A DNA stretch of 64,000 nt from Trueperaceae bacterium (GCA_965213705.1 OZ243913.1:160001-224000); one strand, 5' to 3'; numbered from the stretch's first letter, positions 18,880-28,868 are shown. The notes: generated by a model not told the origin, from the sequence alone. Made by a program: numbers and translations.

Positions 18880-19295
18880 GCCCCACCCCGGCCCTTTGGA
18901 CCGACTTCCGGCGAAACGCTCGGGTGTTCACTGTCGGCGTAGCGCTCGGACAGTTCGGGCGGGTCGGGTTGTTCGGTCAAGTCCTGCACCTGGTCGGTGC
19001 CGGTCGCCTGGTAAGCGCGCATCGACAGCACCAACAGCAGCGCCGTCGTGCCGAAGCCGATGACGATGGCGGTCAGGATGAGCGCTTGCGGCAGCGGGTC
19101 GACGTAGGGTCCGGCGACGTTCAGCAGCGGCGGCGCGGCTTGACGAGTCCCGGCCCCGGCCAGCAAAATGCTGACGTTGACGCCGTAGGAAATGAGTGAC
19201 AAACCCAAAATCACGCGGATGAGCGCTTTTGAAAGCACCATGAATACCCCGGCACCGACCAACAGTGCGGCCAGCAGCGGCAGCGCGAGTTCCAT
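18876..19295 (-). CDS. mrpC: Mrp antiporter subunit C
   Basis: DPLPQALILTAIVIGF. Confidence 0.95.
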   Translation of the reverse strand: MELALPLLAALLVGAGVFMVLSKALIRVILGLSLISYGVNVSILLAGAGTRQAAPPLLNVAGPYVDPLPQALILTAIVIGFGTTALLLVLSMRAYQATGTDQVQDLTEQPDPPELSERYADSEHPSVSPEVGPKGRGGA

Positions 19296-19747
19296 CAGGC
19301 CTGCTCCGCGGGTTCGGTGTCCAGCGGTGTGGGCTCGTCGCGCGTCTCAGCGAGCAGGTTGATGATGGTCAAGGTCGTGCCGATGACGACCAGGAACACG
19401 CCCAAGTCGAACAGGGCCGCCGTCGCCCACTCCAGCTCGCCCGCCCACGGCAACTCCACGTAGCCGTAGGCACTTGTCAAAAAAGGGCGGCCGAAAAGCA
19501 GCGGCGCCGCGCCGGTCGCAAAAGCGATAAGCAGCCCAATCGGCACGAGTTTTTCCGGGGCCAGCGCGAGCAGCCGCCGCTCCTGCGCGATGCGCATGAG
19601 CAAAGCCGACACCGCCACGATTAGACCTGCGATAAAGCCGCCGCCCGGCGCGTTGTGACCGCGCAAAAAGAAGTGAAACCCGATGGCGATGAGGACGAAA
19701 ACTATCGGCGTGGCAAAAGTGCGCAGGATAACTTCCGGAAACTTCAC
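19295..19747 (-). CDS. mrpB: Mrp antiporter subunit B
   Basis: LRGHNAPGGGFIAGL, FDLGVFLVV; GTG at 19747 overlaps the mrpA stop. Confidence 0.9.
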   Translation of the reverse strand: MKFPEVILRTFATPIVFVLIAIGFHFFLRGHNAPGGGFIAGLIVAVSALLMRIAQERRLLALAPEKLVPIGLLIAFATGAAPLLFGRPFLTSAYGYVELPWAGELEWATAALFDLGVFLVVIGTTLTIINLLAETRDEPTPLDTEPAEQA

Positions 19748-22101
19748 GCTTCGACCTCGTCTGCGGGTAGGGTAGTTTCTTGGACGGGTTCGGTTGAGGT
19801 CGGCCTGGGTCGCGCCGACGCCCGGCCCGACGCCGTTTTCAGCAGCGCGTACACGCTTACCGCCACAACCCCCAAGACCGTAATCTCCCCCATCGTGTCG
19901 TAGCCGCGAAAGTCTACCAAGATGACGTTGACGACGTTGTATCCGCCACCGAGCGTTTTGCTGTACTCGAGAAAAAAACCTTGAATGCGTTCGGCGATGG
20001 GCGTTTGCACCGCAACCAGCGTGGTGAACACGGTCGCCGTCACGCCTGTTGCGAGCAAGATGTCCACGGCGGCCGCGCCCTGCCCCCTCGAGTACCGCTT
20101 CATCGGCGGCAAAAAGCGGAACACCGACAAGAACAAAATCACCGTGACCGTCTCGATTAAGAGTTGGGTCAGCGCCAGGTCGGGCGCGCTGAGCAGCACG
20201 AACAGCACCGTCGAGCCGATACCCGCCAGCCCCGAAAAGATGATGGCGCTTAAGCGCGAGCGCGCCCGCAACACCCCGACCACGGCGGCGACAATCGCCA
20301 AAATCACCACCCAAAACGCCAGCGGCACCGGCGTCAGCGCGCTCGGCACGTAGCGCCACAGTGCGGACGCCCCCGTCAGCACGACGGCCGCGAAAACCAG
20401 CCGCAGGTGAGTGGCGAAGGGTGCGCCCTGGGTGAGACGGGTGAAGTAACTAGAGAACCGCTCCAGGGCGTCGACAAACGCGTAATACACCGTGTTGCTG
20501 CTCCAACCCGGCGTGACGGCCTTTTGCGCGCGGTAAAACAGGTCGCGCGACAGGTGCAGCCCTGCGCCCGCAAACCAGGTGAACACGCTCAGCGCCAGCG
20601 CCAGCGAAGCGCCGTGCCAGGCGTAGAGCTTTTCAGGCTCGAAACCGAGGGCAGGCGCGGCGAGGTTGGTGAACCAGGTCGCCACGGTGGCACTTGTCAA
20701 GGGATTGCCGGTCAACCCCAGCGGCAGCACGCCGAACAAAACCGTCGCGACGCTCAGCGGCGCGGCGGGCAGCCAAAAGCGCAGCGGCGCTTCGTGAACC
20801 CGCGGGTTGTCGCAGCGGAAAGGCCCGAAGAAGACTTTTAAGAAGCGCAAACTGTAGGCGAACGTCATGATGCTCCCGGCCACGGCGATGGCGATGGGCA
20901 AAACGCCTTCGTGGAGCATGTGTTCGTAAAAAAGTTCTTTCGAGATAAACCCGCCGAAGATAGGCAACCCCGCCATACTGAGCGCGGCGGGCAGGGCGAG
21001 CAAAAAGGTGAGGGGCAGTTTGCGCCGCAGCCCCGACAGGGTGCGAATGTCACGACTTTTCGTCTCGTGGTCGATGATGCCCACCACCATAAACAGCGCC
21101 GCCTTGAACACCGCGTGGTTGACGAGGTGCGCCGTCGCCGCAAAGCTGTCGCCCGCGCCGTAAAGCGCCATCAAAATTCCGAGTTGCGACACGGTCGAAT
21201 AAGCCAGGAGCGCTTTCAGGTCGTTTTGCCGCAACGCCAAGTACGAACCCCAGAACATCGTCGCCAAACCGACGTACATGATAAAGGGGGCGAAAGCCGT
21301 GCCCGCGAACACGAAACCCAGTTTGGCAATCAGCACGACCCCGGCCTTGACCATCGTCGCCGAGTGCAAGTAGGCCGAAACGGGCGTGGGCGCTTCCATC
21401 GCGGTCGGCAGCCACAGGTGGAAAGGGAGTTGCGCCGACTTGGTAAACGCGGCGATGACGAAAAAAACCACCATAGGGACGAACAGGGGGCTGGCGCGCA
21501 GCGCCGCCCCGTCGAGTTCGGAAAGTAAAAAACTGCCTCCTGCCAGACCCGCCAGGATCGTCGCGACCAACAGCGCCAGGCCGCCCAAAGCGGTAATGAC
21601 GAGCGCCTTCAACGCCCCGTCAACCGACGCGCGGCGACCGTCCCAAAAACCGATGAGGAGAAAACTCACCACGGACGTCAGTTCCCAAAACGCGAACAGC
21701 GCGACGAGGTTGTCCGCCAACACGAAACCCAACATCGAGCCGCCGAACAAAAGCAGGTAGCTGTAAAAGCGCCCGTGCCGCTCCCGCGGCCCCAGATAAG
21801 CGGCGGCGTAGAGCAAAATCAGCACGCCTATGCCCGCCACGAGCAGCGCAAACAGCAGCGAAAACCCGTCGGCGCGCAGGGTGATGGAAAGGTTGACGGT
21901 CGGGACCCAAGCCAGGTCGGCGGTGAGGGGTTGGCCCGCTCGAGCCGCCCCGGCTTCACTTAGCAGCCCCAAAGCGGGCACGAAAGCCAAAATCAACAAG
22001 TAACCCGCCGCCGCCCTGAACACGCGGCCCAGCAGGGGCGCAAGGACAGCGCCGGCGAAAGGTGTAAACACGGCCCACAGCAACAATGAACTCACACGCA
22101 C
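19744..22101 (-). CDS. mrpA: Mrp antiporter subunit A
   Basis: FWELTS, KSAQLPFHLWLPTAMEAPTPVSAYLHSATMVKAG, DFRGYDTMGE. Confidence 0.96.
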   Translation of the reverse strand: MRVSSLLLWAVFTPFAGAVLAPLLGRVFRAAAGYLLILAFVPALGLLSEAGAARAGQPLTADLAWVPTVNLSITLRADGFSLLFALLVAGIGVLILLYAAAYLGPRERHGRFYSYLLLFGGSMLGFVLADNLVALFAFWELTSVVSFLLIGFWDGRRASVDGALKALVITALGGLALLVATILAGLAGGSFLLSELDGAALRASPLFVPMVVFFVIAAFTKSAQLPFHLWLPTAMEAPTPVSAYLHSATMVKAGVVLIAKLGFVFAGTAFAPFIMYVGLATMFWGSYLALRQNDLKALLAYSTVSQLGILMALYGAGDSFAATAHLVNHAVFKAALFMVVGIIDHETKSRDIRTLSGLRRKLPLTFLLALPAALSMAGLPIFGGFISKELFYEHMLHEGVLPIAIAVAGSIMTFAYSLRFLKVFFGPFRCDNPRVHEAPLRFWLPAAPLSVATVLFGVLPLGLTGNPLTSATVATWFTNLAAPALGFEPEKLYAWHGASLALALSVFTWFAGAGLHLSRDLFYRAQKAVTPGWSSNTVYYAFVDALERFSSYFTRLTQGAPFATHLRLVFAAVVLTGASALWRYVPSALTPVPLAFWVVILAIVAAVVGVLRARSRLSAIIFSGLAGIGSTVLFVLLSAPDLALTQLLIETVTVILFLSVFRFLPPMKRYSRGQGAAAVDILLATGVTATVFTTLVAVQTPIAERIQGFFLEYSKTLGGGYNVVNVILVDFRGYDTMGEITVLGVVAVSVYALLKTASGRASARPRPTSTEPVQETTLPADEVEA

Positions 22102-22140
22102 CCCTGCAAGCGGCTACTCGGAAGACTCACCCAACCACTT
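22098..22140 (-). ncRNA. Candidate Na+-sensing riboswitch (DUF1646/Na+-I-like) in the mrpA leader
   Basis: GTGGTTG-GGTGAGTCTTCCGAG-TAGCCGC stem followed by …CAGGGGTGC abutting the start; resemblance recalled from memory, not searched. Confidence 0.4.
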
Positions 22141-22302
22141 TAACCGATTGCCCCGGGCCGTTGCCCTGGACAACTGTCCGCAATCACAAGAGCCCCGTGT
22201 CCGCAGCTATGAGGAGTCCCGGCGAACGCCTGCCCCGGTTCAACTCTCCTCAGTTCAACGCCCTCGTCCAAACACGCAGGCCCCGAGTAAGCCGTTTCTT
22301 TT

Positions 22303-23304
22303 TTACGGTTCAAAAGCGTCCGCGAGTTTCATCAGGTCCAGGTAGCTCGAGAGCTGTGTGTAGTCCCCGAGCTTGTAGCCGTTTACGAACACCGTCGGCG
22401 TGCCGCCTAAGCCGAGTGTTCCACCCGCGACGTCGTAAGCCGCCTTGACCTCGGCGGCGAAGTCGCGGTTTTCGATACAAGCCTCCGTACCCGCAGTCGC
22501 TAAGCCCACGTCCTGCGCCAAACGCACGAAGTAGTTCGTCGGGTCGCCTAAACCCGACCAGGCCTGCTGGCGCGCGAACAGGGCGTCGTGATAGGTCCAA
22601 AAAGCGTCGGGGTCGTTGGCGGCGGTCACGCACTCGGCGGCTTCTGCGGCGGCGAGGGCGTTGGCGTGGATGCTGGACAGCGGAAAGTGGTGGTACTCGA
22701 AGCGCACGTCGCCCCTGCTGAGCAGTTCGTTCTTGATTAAAGGCAGCGCCTCGGTCGCGAACCGCGCGCAAAACGGACACTGGAAATCCGAAAACTCGCG
22801 GACTATGTACCTCGCGTCGGTGGGGCCGAGCGTGTGGGTCGCGGTGGGAAACTCGGCTGCCGGAACTTCGGGCAGCGACACGGTAAAACGAACCTCGTAG
22901 GGAGCTTCGCCGCTGACGGTAAGCGTCAGCAAATACCGCTGCACCGGCAGGGCGACCTCGCCCCGGCCCGCAAGTTCGCCCGCGCGCTCCTCGAAAAACG
23001 TCTCGAGGGGTTCGGCGACGGCCTCCCCGTAGCCGGTCGCCGCGCCGACGAGGGCGGCGGCGAACGCGCGGTTGGTTTCGCTCAGCGCGCCCGCGCCCGT
23101 CACCGTGTAAACCGCGCCGCCGCGCTCCTGGGTCGAAAACGTAAAACCGTCGAAGGTGTAACCGTCGCCGGTTTGAGCGAGGTTGTAAGGCCCCAAACTG
23201 CGGATGAGGCTTGTCTCGGGTTCGCCGACCTGCGCCCAAGCCGTGGCGAACAGCGCCGCGAGCACCGAAACAACCGTAAAGACCATGACACAACGTACTT
23301 TCAC
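22303..23304 (-). CDS. Exported DsbA/thioredoxin-family protein
   Basis: Signal peptide, EFSDFQCPFC, GTPTVFVNG. Confidence 0.9.
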   Translation of the reverse strand: MKVRCVMVFTVVSVLAALFATAWAQVGEPETSLIRSLGPYNLAQTGDGYTFDGFTFSTQERGGAVYTVTGAGALSETNRAFAAALVGAATGYGEAVAEPLETFFEERAGELAGRGEVALPVQRYLLTLTVSGEAPYEVRFTVSLPEVPAAEFPTATHTLGPTDARYIVREFSDFQCPFCARFATEALPLIKNELLSRGDVRFEYHHFPLSSIHANALAAAEAAECVTAANDPDAFWTYHDALFARQQAWSGLGDPTNYFVRLAQDVGLATAGTEACIENRDFAAEVKAAYDVAGGTLGLGGTPTVFVNGYKLGDYTQLSSYLDLMKLADAFEP

Positions 23305-23544
23305 GCAAAACTCCTAACTTCGCTGAAGCCGAGGATGACAGGGTGAGAATGACAGGGCAACGCCTCACCCGTTGAAACTTTGCCCTTCATCTTACCGCGC
23401 TCCGGCTAGAGTTCACGTCCGTTAAAAACTCACCTCAACGCCTCTGTACTTTCTTCTTTGTCCTTTTCGCTGTCCTCACTCTCCCGCTTTCCGAGTGCCC
23501 AAACGCCCGTTACCGCCTGGAGGCGCGTGCTACACTTCGTACTC

Positions 23545-25296
23545 ATGAATGTCGACTTATCCGAGGCCACGCGCATGTTGCTGGCGCGCGAACGCCTCGC
23601 CATCACCGACCTCCAAACCCTGCTGAGCCGCTTGGACGCCTCGCCCGAGGACCTCAAAGACCTCAAAACCGCCGTGCGCGACCTTGAGGGTATTTTTATG
23701 CTGGTGGTGGTCGGCGAGTACAACGCAGGCAAGTCCAGCCTCCTCAACGCACTGTTGGGTCAAAAAGTCATGCTGGAAGGCGTCACCCCGACGACCGACC
23801 GCGTCACGATTGTGACCTACGGCACCGAGCCCAAAAACGTCGAAGAGTCCACCATGATTTTGCGGCGCGAGTATCCAGCCCCTATCCTGCGCGACTTGGC
23901 GTTTGTGGACACGCCCGGCACCAACGCGGTCATCAAAAAACACCAGGAACTCACCGAGGGCTTTGTGCCGCGCGCCGACCTGGTGCTGTTCGTCACCAGC
24001 GCCGACCGGCCCTTTACCGAGTCCGAACGCACGTTTTTGGAACTTATCGGCTCGTGGGGCAAAAAAATCGTCATTGTGGTCAACAAGCTGGACATTTTGG
24101 AAGAGCCCGAGGAACGCGCCAAAGTTTTAGACTTCGTGCTCGAGCAGGCGCGGCTCAACTTGGGCGTGACGCCGCAGGTCTTCGGGGTCGAGGCGCGGCG
24201 CGCGTTTCGCGCCAAACAAGACGGCGACCGGGCTGCCCTGGCTAAAACGGGGCTGCCCGAACTCGAGCGCTACATCGAAGCCACCTTGGCCGCCAGCGAA
24301 CGCCTCAAGCTCAAGCTGTTGAACCCCCTGGGCGTAGCCCTGCACGTCGCCGAGCGCTACCACGGCGTGGTGAAGAGTCGCTTGGGTTTGTTGGAAGACG
24401 ACCGCAAAACCCTGGACGAAGTGGACCGCCAGCTCGCGCAGTACGACCGCGACATGCGCCGCGAGTTCGAGAGCTATTTAACCCGCATCAAGACGGTGCT
24501 CTTAGAAGTCGAGCGGCGCGGCGACATCTTTTTCGACGACGTGGTGAAACTGAGCAACGTCTTCGGACTCATGAACAGCGACCGCGTCCGCCAGGATTTC
24601 GAGGCGCGCGTGGTTCGCGGCGCGGACACCGAAATCGACCTGGCCGTGTCCGAACTCGTCGACTGGTTTATAGGGCGCAACTTGAACCTCTGGGAAGACG
24701 TGATGGTCTTCGTCAACGAGCGTCGCCAGGCGGGCGAGGAGCGCGTCATAGGCGAGGTCGGCGGGCGATTCTCCTACGACCGCGAACAGCTCATCCGCAG
24801 TTTGCGCAAAAGCGCCGAGGAAGTCTTGGAGACCTACGACGACAAAATGGAGGCGCGCCGACTCGCCGACGCGCTCCAGGGCGCGGTCGTGCAGTCGGGC
24901 ATCGTCGGCGTCGGCGGCATCGGCCTGGGCGCGGCGCTCGTCGCGTTTTTGTCCGGCGCGGCGCTCGACATCACCGGCATCACCTTGGGCTTGACGGTCG
25001 CCGGGTTGGGCCTGCTCGTCATCCCGCGCCGCCGCCAGCAGGCCAAAAAAGACCTGCACGTCAAGATGCAAGACCTGCGCGACAACTTAGGAGCCAGCAT
25101 CGGCCGGCAGTTCGAGGGCGAGTTGCGCCGCGCCTCGGAAAAATTGCACGCTTCGATTGCGCCCTACACGCGCTTTGTGCGCAGCGAGTTGGAACGCCTG
25201 GACACCCTGCAGGGTGAGTTGGAGGACGCCGAAGAGAGTCTGCGCACCCTGAAAAAAGACGTGGAAGCGCTCGAAGGCCCGACCGCGGTGGTGTGA
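23545..25296 (+). CDS. Bacterial dynamin-like GTPase
   Basis: GEYNAGKS, DTPG, NKLD; coiled coils plus two C-terminal hydrophobic segments; start after TACACT -10. Confidence 0.88.
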   Translation: MNVDLSEATRMLLARERLAITDLQTLLSRLDASPEDLKDLKTAVRDLEGIFMLVVVGEYNAGKSSLLNALLGQKVMLEGVTPTTDRVTIVTYGTEPKNVEESTMILRREYPAPILRDLAFVDTPGTNAVIKKHQELTEGFVPRADLVLFVTSADRPFTESERTFLELIGSWGKKIVIVVNKLDILEEPEERAKVLDFVLEQARLNLGVTPQVFGVEARRAFRAKQDGDRAALAKTGLPELERYIEATLAASERLKLKLLNPLGVALHVAERYHGVVKSRLGLLEDDRKTLDEVDRQLAQYDRDMRREFESYLTRIKTVLLEVERRGDIFFDDVVKLSNVFGLMNSDRVRQDFEARVVRGADTEIDLAVSELVDWFIGRNLNLWEDVMVFVNERRQAGEERVIGEVGGRFSYDREQLIRSLRKSAEEVLETYDDKMEARRLADALQGAVVQSGIVGVGGIGLGAALVAFLSGAALDITGITLGLTVAGLGLLVIPRRRQQAKKDLHVKMQDLRDNLGASIGRQFEGELRRASEKLHASIAPYTRFVRSELERLDTLQGELEDAEESLRTLKKDVEALEGPTAVV

Positions 25297-25664
25297 CGGG
25301 GTTCTCACCCCGGTAGAGGTTTTCAGGCCTCGAGTCCGACGACGGCGAACCGTTCGAAATCGCGCTGACCGAGGGCTTGCCGTTTCCCTGCCACAGCCGC
25401 TTCGACACGAGCGACGGGGTGACGGAAGTCCGCTTGGTTCAAGCCGAACAGGAATAAAAGCTTCTCAGCAAGTTCTCTGTGAACTGAAGGGGTTTGCCTT
25501 TCGCCTCGGTGTTCTCGTTCGGACTGGTCGCCCCTTTGCTGCCCCACACGCGCCTCGAGCTGACCGGGTTGAAAAGGGGCGGCTCGAGCCCATCCTCTCG
25601 CTCGTCGCACAAACTGCAGAAGATACCGGCTCGAGACACAGTTTACCTTTTGTACACTTTCCTG

Positions 25665-26033
25665 TCAGGCACGCACTCGAGACGCTAGTAGCGAGACCAC
25701 GAACTGGTTCAGGCTGACGCCTTCTTCGGCAGCGCGCTCGGCAAGGTCTCGGTGCAAGCTCTTCGGGGTGCGGACAACGAACTTCCCGCTGTAACCTTCT
25801 GTGCTGCGGGGTTCGGGAATAGGGTTGTCTTCCGCGTAGTTGCCGCGCAACCAAACTTCTCTGGCGTCGTCAATCATCGCCATAGCTTCTTCCAAACTGT
25901 CGCCCTGCGTTATGCAGCCAGGCAAGTCTTTAATGTGCGCGACGAAGCCGCCGTCCTCCGAAGGAACGACGGTAACAGGGTACTTGAGCCCGAGGTAATA
26001 CTCGAGCGGTTGACGAGCTTTGCTTTTAACCAT
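25665..26033 (-). CDS. hicB: HicB family antitoxin with C-terminal RHH
   Basis: DLPGCITQGDSLEEA, YSGKFVVRTPKSLH…GVSLNQ. Confidence 0.9.
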   Translation of the reverse strand: MVKSKARQPLEYYLGLKYPVTVVPSEDGGFVAHIKDLPGCITQGDSLEEAMAMIDDAREVWLRGNYAEDNPIPEPRSTEGYSGKFVVRTPKSLHRDLAERAAEEGVSLNQFVVSLLASRVRA

Positions 26034-26035
26034 GT

Positions 26036-26272
26036 TCAGGCCTCCAGTTCCAACACGTCAATGATGAGCTTTAGGTATTCACGCTTGACCACTTTGCCGC
26101 CCTGGGTGGCGATGGTCAGAGTCTTGCCTTTCCCGTCGCTGTATAAACGGTGACTCGTACCTACAGTTTTGGTTGTGAAGCCGTAACTTTCCAAAACAAG
26201 CTCAACCTCCGAAAAGCGCATCGTCGTTGGTCTGCGGAGCAATTTTTCAACAAGCTTGTCTTTTTTAGACAC
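26036..26272 (-). CDS. hicA: HicA family toxin
   Basis: 78 aa, basic, GTSH motif, directly upstream of hicB. Confidence 0.85.
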   Translation of the reverse strand: MSKKDKLVEKLLRRPTTMRFSEVELVLESYGFTTKTVGTSHRLYSDGKGKTLTIATQGGKVVKREYLKLIIDVLELEA

Positions 26273-26278
26273 ACGTTA

Positions 26279-26298
26279 TGATACTACGTTCAGTACCA
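26279..26298 (-). promoter_or_regulatory. Probable hicAB operator overlapping the -10 (TATCAT)
   Basis: Near-perfect palindrome TGATACT-acgttc-AGTACCA. Confidence 0.55.
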
Positions 26299-26440
26299 AA
26301 CATCAGTTGGGACGACAAGGTTGATGAAGCTTAGCGTTTCGATTTCCCGGTGAGTTTCGAATTTACACAACCCTTGACATCATTACCGGTGAAATCTTCG
26401 TCAGCCGAACCCCGACTCGAGTGTGGTACGCTTCCTCTTC

Positions 26441-27301
26441 GTGAAAGACCGAGTGGACGCCGAACACCCTTACCGCATCGCCTACCAGGGCGTCGCCGGG
26501 GCCAACAGCGAGCAGGCGAGTTTGCAGTTCCTTACCGACGCCGAGCCGGTCGGCTACCACTCGTTTATGGACGCGTTTACCGCGGCTGTCACAGGCGAAT
26601 GTCACTACGCCTGTCTGCCGGTCGAGAACAGCTTGGCGGGCTCCATCAACCAGACCTACGACCTGCTGACCGACTCGGTGCTGCACGTCGTCGGCGAGGA
26701 AATCGTGCGGGTTCACCACAACCTGATGGCGCGGCCCGGCACAAAGTTGGCAGACATCAAGCGCGTCTACAGCCACCCGCAAGCGCTGTTGCAGAGTCAG
26801 GCGTTCATCACCGGTCACGGCTTTGAAGCGGTGAGCGACTTCGACACCGCCGGAGCCGCCAAACTTTTGGCCGAGAACGGCGGCGAGGGCCGGGCCGCGC
26901 TCGCGACCAAACGCGCCGCCGAGATTTACGGCTTGGAGATTCTGGCCGAGAACGTCGAGGACGCGCCCTTCAACTACACGCGCTTTTTTATCCTGGGGCC
27001 GGTTGAGGCGCCTAAAACGGCTGGAAAAAACAAGTCCAGCCTTGTGTTGGCGACGCGGCACCGGCCGGGCGACCTGGTCGACTGTCTGCAGGAGTTTCCC
27101 AAGTACAACCTCAACCTGACGAAGTTGGAGTCGCGCCCGCGCCGGGACAAACCCTGGAGCTACCTGTTCTACATAGACATCGAAGGGCACATCGAAGACG
27201 AGAACGTCCAAAAAGCCATGACCGGACTCATGCGCAAGGCGGCGTTCGTAAAGTTTTTGGGCTCTTACCCGGCGGCCTCGACCGTCATAGAGCTGGGCTG
27301 A
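26441..27301 (+). CDS. pheA: Prephenate dehydratase
   Basis: LPVENS, YSHPQAL, NYTRF, LTKLESRP ACT domain. Confidence 0.95.
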   Translation: MKDRVDAEHPYRIAYQGVAGANSEQASLQFLTDAEPVGYHSFMDAFTAAVTGECHYACLPVENSLAGSINQTYDLLTDSVLHVVGEEIVRVHHNLMARPGTKLADIKRVYSHPQALLQSQAFITGHGFEAVSDFDTAGAAKLLAENGGEGRAALATKRAAEIYGLEILAENVEDAPFNYTRFFILGPVEAPKTAGKNKSSLVLATRHRPGDLVDCLQEFPKYNLNLTKLESRPRRDKPWSYLFYIDIEGHIEDENVQKAMTGLMRKAAFVKFLGSYPAASTVIELG

Positions 27302-27308
27302 GCGGGCG

Positions 27309-27536
27309 ATGACCGACGAGCACGGTGCCGAGCAAGGTACCCCGGACACCCTCACCCTGAACAACGCGCTTAAGCTCATCGGTGTGGCCGACACCGGCGG
27401 ACAAGCCAAACTGATGATTCAGGCCGGGCAAATCAAGGTCAACGGCGAGGTTGAGACGCGCCGCAAACGCAAGCTCCGCGCGGGCGACGTGATAGAAGTC
27501 GGCGGCGAAGAGTTTTTGCTCGAGCTGGAACCCTGA
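27309..27536 (+). CDS. S4-domain RNA-binding protein (YaaA/YbcJ-like)
   Basis: TGGQAK…VNGEVETRRKRKL. Confidence 0.9.
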   Translation: MTDEHGAEQGTPDTLTLNNALKLIGVADTGGQAKLMIQAGQIKVNGEVETRRKRKLRAGDVIEVGGEEFLLELEP

Positions 27537-27600
27537 ACCGGGGAGACTGAGGGTCCGGGACGTGGCTCCTAGATTTTCGCTGCCGTTAAAGCCACAAAAG

Positions 27601-27632
27601 AAAAGCCCCGATGAAGTACCGGGGCCTCTTTT
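27601..27632. terminator. Bidirectional intrinsic terminator
   Basis: AAAA-GCCCCG…CGGGGC-CTCTTTT between convergent genes. Confidence 0.65.
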
Positions 27633-27660
27633 TGATGCAGTGTTTCAGTTACCGCAAAGC

Positions 27661-27795
27661 TTACTGCTCGGGTCTGAAGCCGTCCGCACAGGTTTTGCAG
27701 ATTTTCAAGCTCGGAGCCGTTACCGAAGCCGCGAAGCTGAGACCGCCGCCGACGAGGATGAGGCTGAAGAGCAAACCTTTAACGATGTTTTTCAT
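27661..27795 (-). CDS. Small secreted peptide, 44 aa (MKNIVKGLLFSLILVGGGLSFAASVTAPSLKICKTCADGFRPEQ)
   Basis: AAAGGA RBS, ATG, signal-peptide-like N-terminus, own promoter and terminator. Confidence 0.75.
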   Translation of the reverse strand: MKNIVKGLLFSLILVGGGLSFAASVTAPSLKICKTCADGFRPEQ

Positions 27796-27850
27796 TTTGT
27801 TGTCCTTTCTTCCGGGGCTGCCGGCGCTTCGTTGCGTCCGGCTTGAAATG

Positions 27851-27883
27851 AGTTTACAAAAGACTGTCTTACACAAATCTTAC
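27851..27883 (-). promoter_or_regulatory. Direct-repeat box GTAAG-ATTTGT-GTAAG (27868-27883) plus -10 TAAACT (27851-27856)
   Basis: 11-nt spacing; upstream of the peptide gene. Confidence 0.75.
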
Positions 27884-27901
27884 GCGCGCTCGACGCACGG
27901 T

Positions 27902-28846
27902 TTAGACGGGCTCGACCACGGCGACCGCGGCGCGAAACGCGCACACCACTTCGCGGGGGTAGTGGACGTCGGCGAACTTTTCTAACTCGGCAAAAGCGAC
28001 GGCGGGCGCTAAAGCGGCGCGGTAGGGGCGGTCGGTCGTCATGGCGTCGTAGGTGTCCGCGACCGCGACGATGTAGGACTCCGTCAAAATCTCCCCGTGG
28101 CTGAGCCCATAAGGGTAGCCCGAGCCGTCCATGCGCTCGTGGTGCTGTTCGACGATGACGCCGACGTCGGCGAGCAGCGTGCCCCCCAGCAGTTCTCGCC
28201 CGTAGGTCGGGTGTTGTTTGATGACGGCCCACTCTTCCGGGGTGAGGCTGGTGGGTTTTTGCAAGATGTCCAGGGGGACTTTCAGCTTGCCGACGTCGTG
28301 CAGGTACGCGCCGTAGGAGAGCCGGTAACACTGGTCTACGTCCAGCGCCAGGTTGCGCGCGGTCGCGTTCGACAAGTCTCTCAGGCGGGCACAGTGTTCC
28401 GAGGTGTAACCGTCTTTCTCCTCGACCTCGACGGCCAAGCGCATGAGGTCGCCTGTAAAGGTGTCGGCCTCGCTGAAAACGGGCTGGTTCGACACGCACA
28501 AAAGCGTCGCCCCGTGCAGCGTGCTCAGCACGGCGCGCTCGGCCGTCACGCCCACCGTCACGCTGTCGCCGGGCTCGAGCAAGCTTTTTTGATTTTTGCC
28601 GCTCAGCTCGAAGCAGCCCGACGTGACGTGGTAAACTTCCGCGCAGCGTTCGTCCGACGACTCGGGCGGGGTTAAAAACAACCGCCCGCCCGCCTCGACC
28701 CGGACCTCTATCACTTCAAAGCCGGGCTGTTTGTTGAGCAGACGTGCGTGCGTTTTGCGCGAGGCGAACGCCCGCACGCGGTCCCCCTTGCGGATGACGG
28801 CGAGCCCGCCTTTGGTCGGCACTGTGATGGTCACTTTGGGAGTCAC
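27902..28846 (-). CDS. HD-GYP phosphodiesterase with N-terminal cupin-like domain
   Basis: KDGYTSEH, LHDVGK, HHERMDGSGYP, ADTYDAMTTDRPYR. Confidence 0.92.
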   Translation of the reverse strand: MTPKVTITVPTKGGLAVIRKGDRVRAFASRKTHARLLNKQPGFEVIEVRVEAGGRLFLTPPESSDERCAEVYHVTSGCFELSGKNQKSLLEPGDSVTVGVTAERAVLSTLHGATLLCVSNQPVFSEADTFTGDLMRLAVEVEEKDGYTSEHCARLRDLSNATARNLALDVDQCYRLSYGAYLHDVGKLKVPLDILQKPTSLTPEEWAVIKQHPTYGRELLGGTLLADVGVIVEQHHERMDGSGYPYGLSHGEILTESYIVAVADTYDAMTTDRPYRAALAPAVAFAELEKFADVHYPREVVCAFRAAVAVVEPV

Positions 28847-28868
28847 GTCAGGAGCAGCCTCGCCGCGA

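Noticed and set aside
19748..20359. Long N-terminal extension on mrpB (354-aa ORF)
   Set aside because: It lies within mrpA in another frame; MrpB similarity starts at GTG 19747
26362..26378. TTTAC-ACAACC-CTTGA as another box copy
   Set aside because: Poor second half-site and no -10 at the 11-nt position
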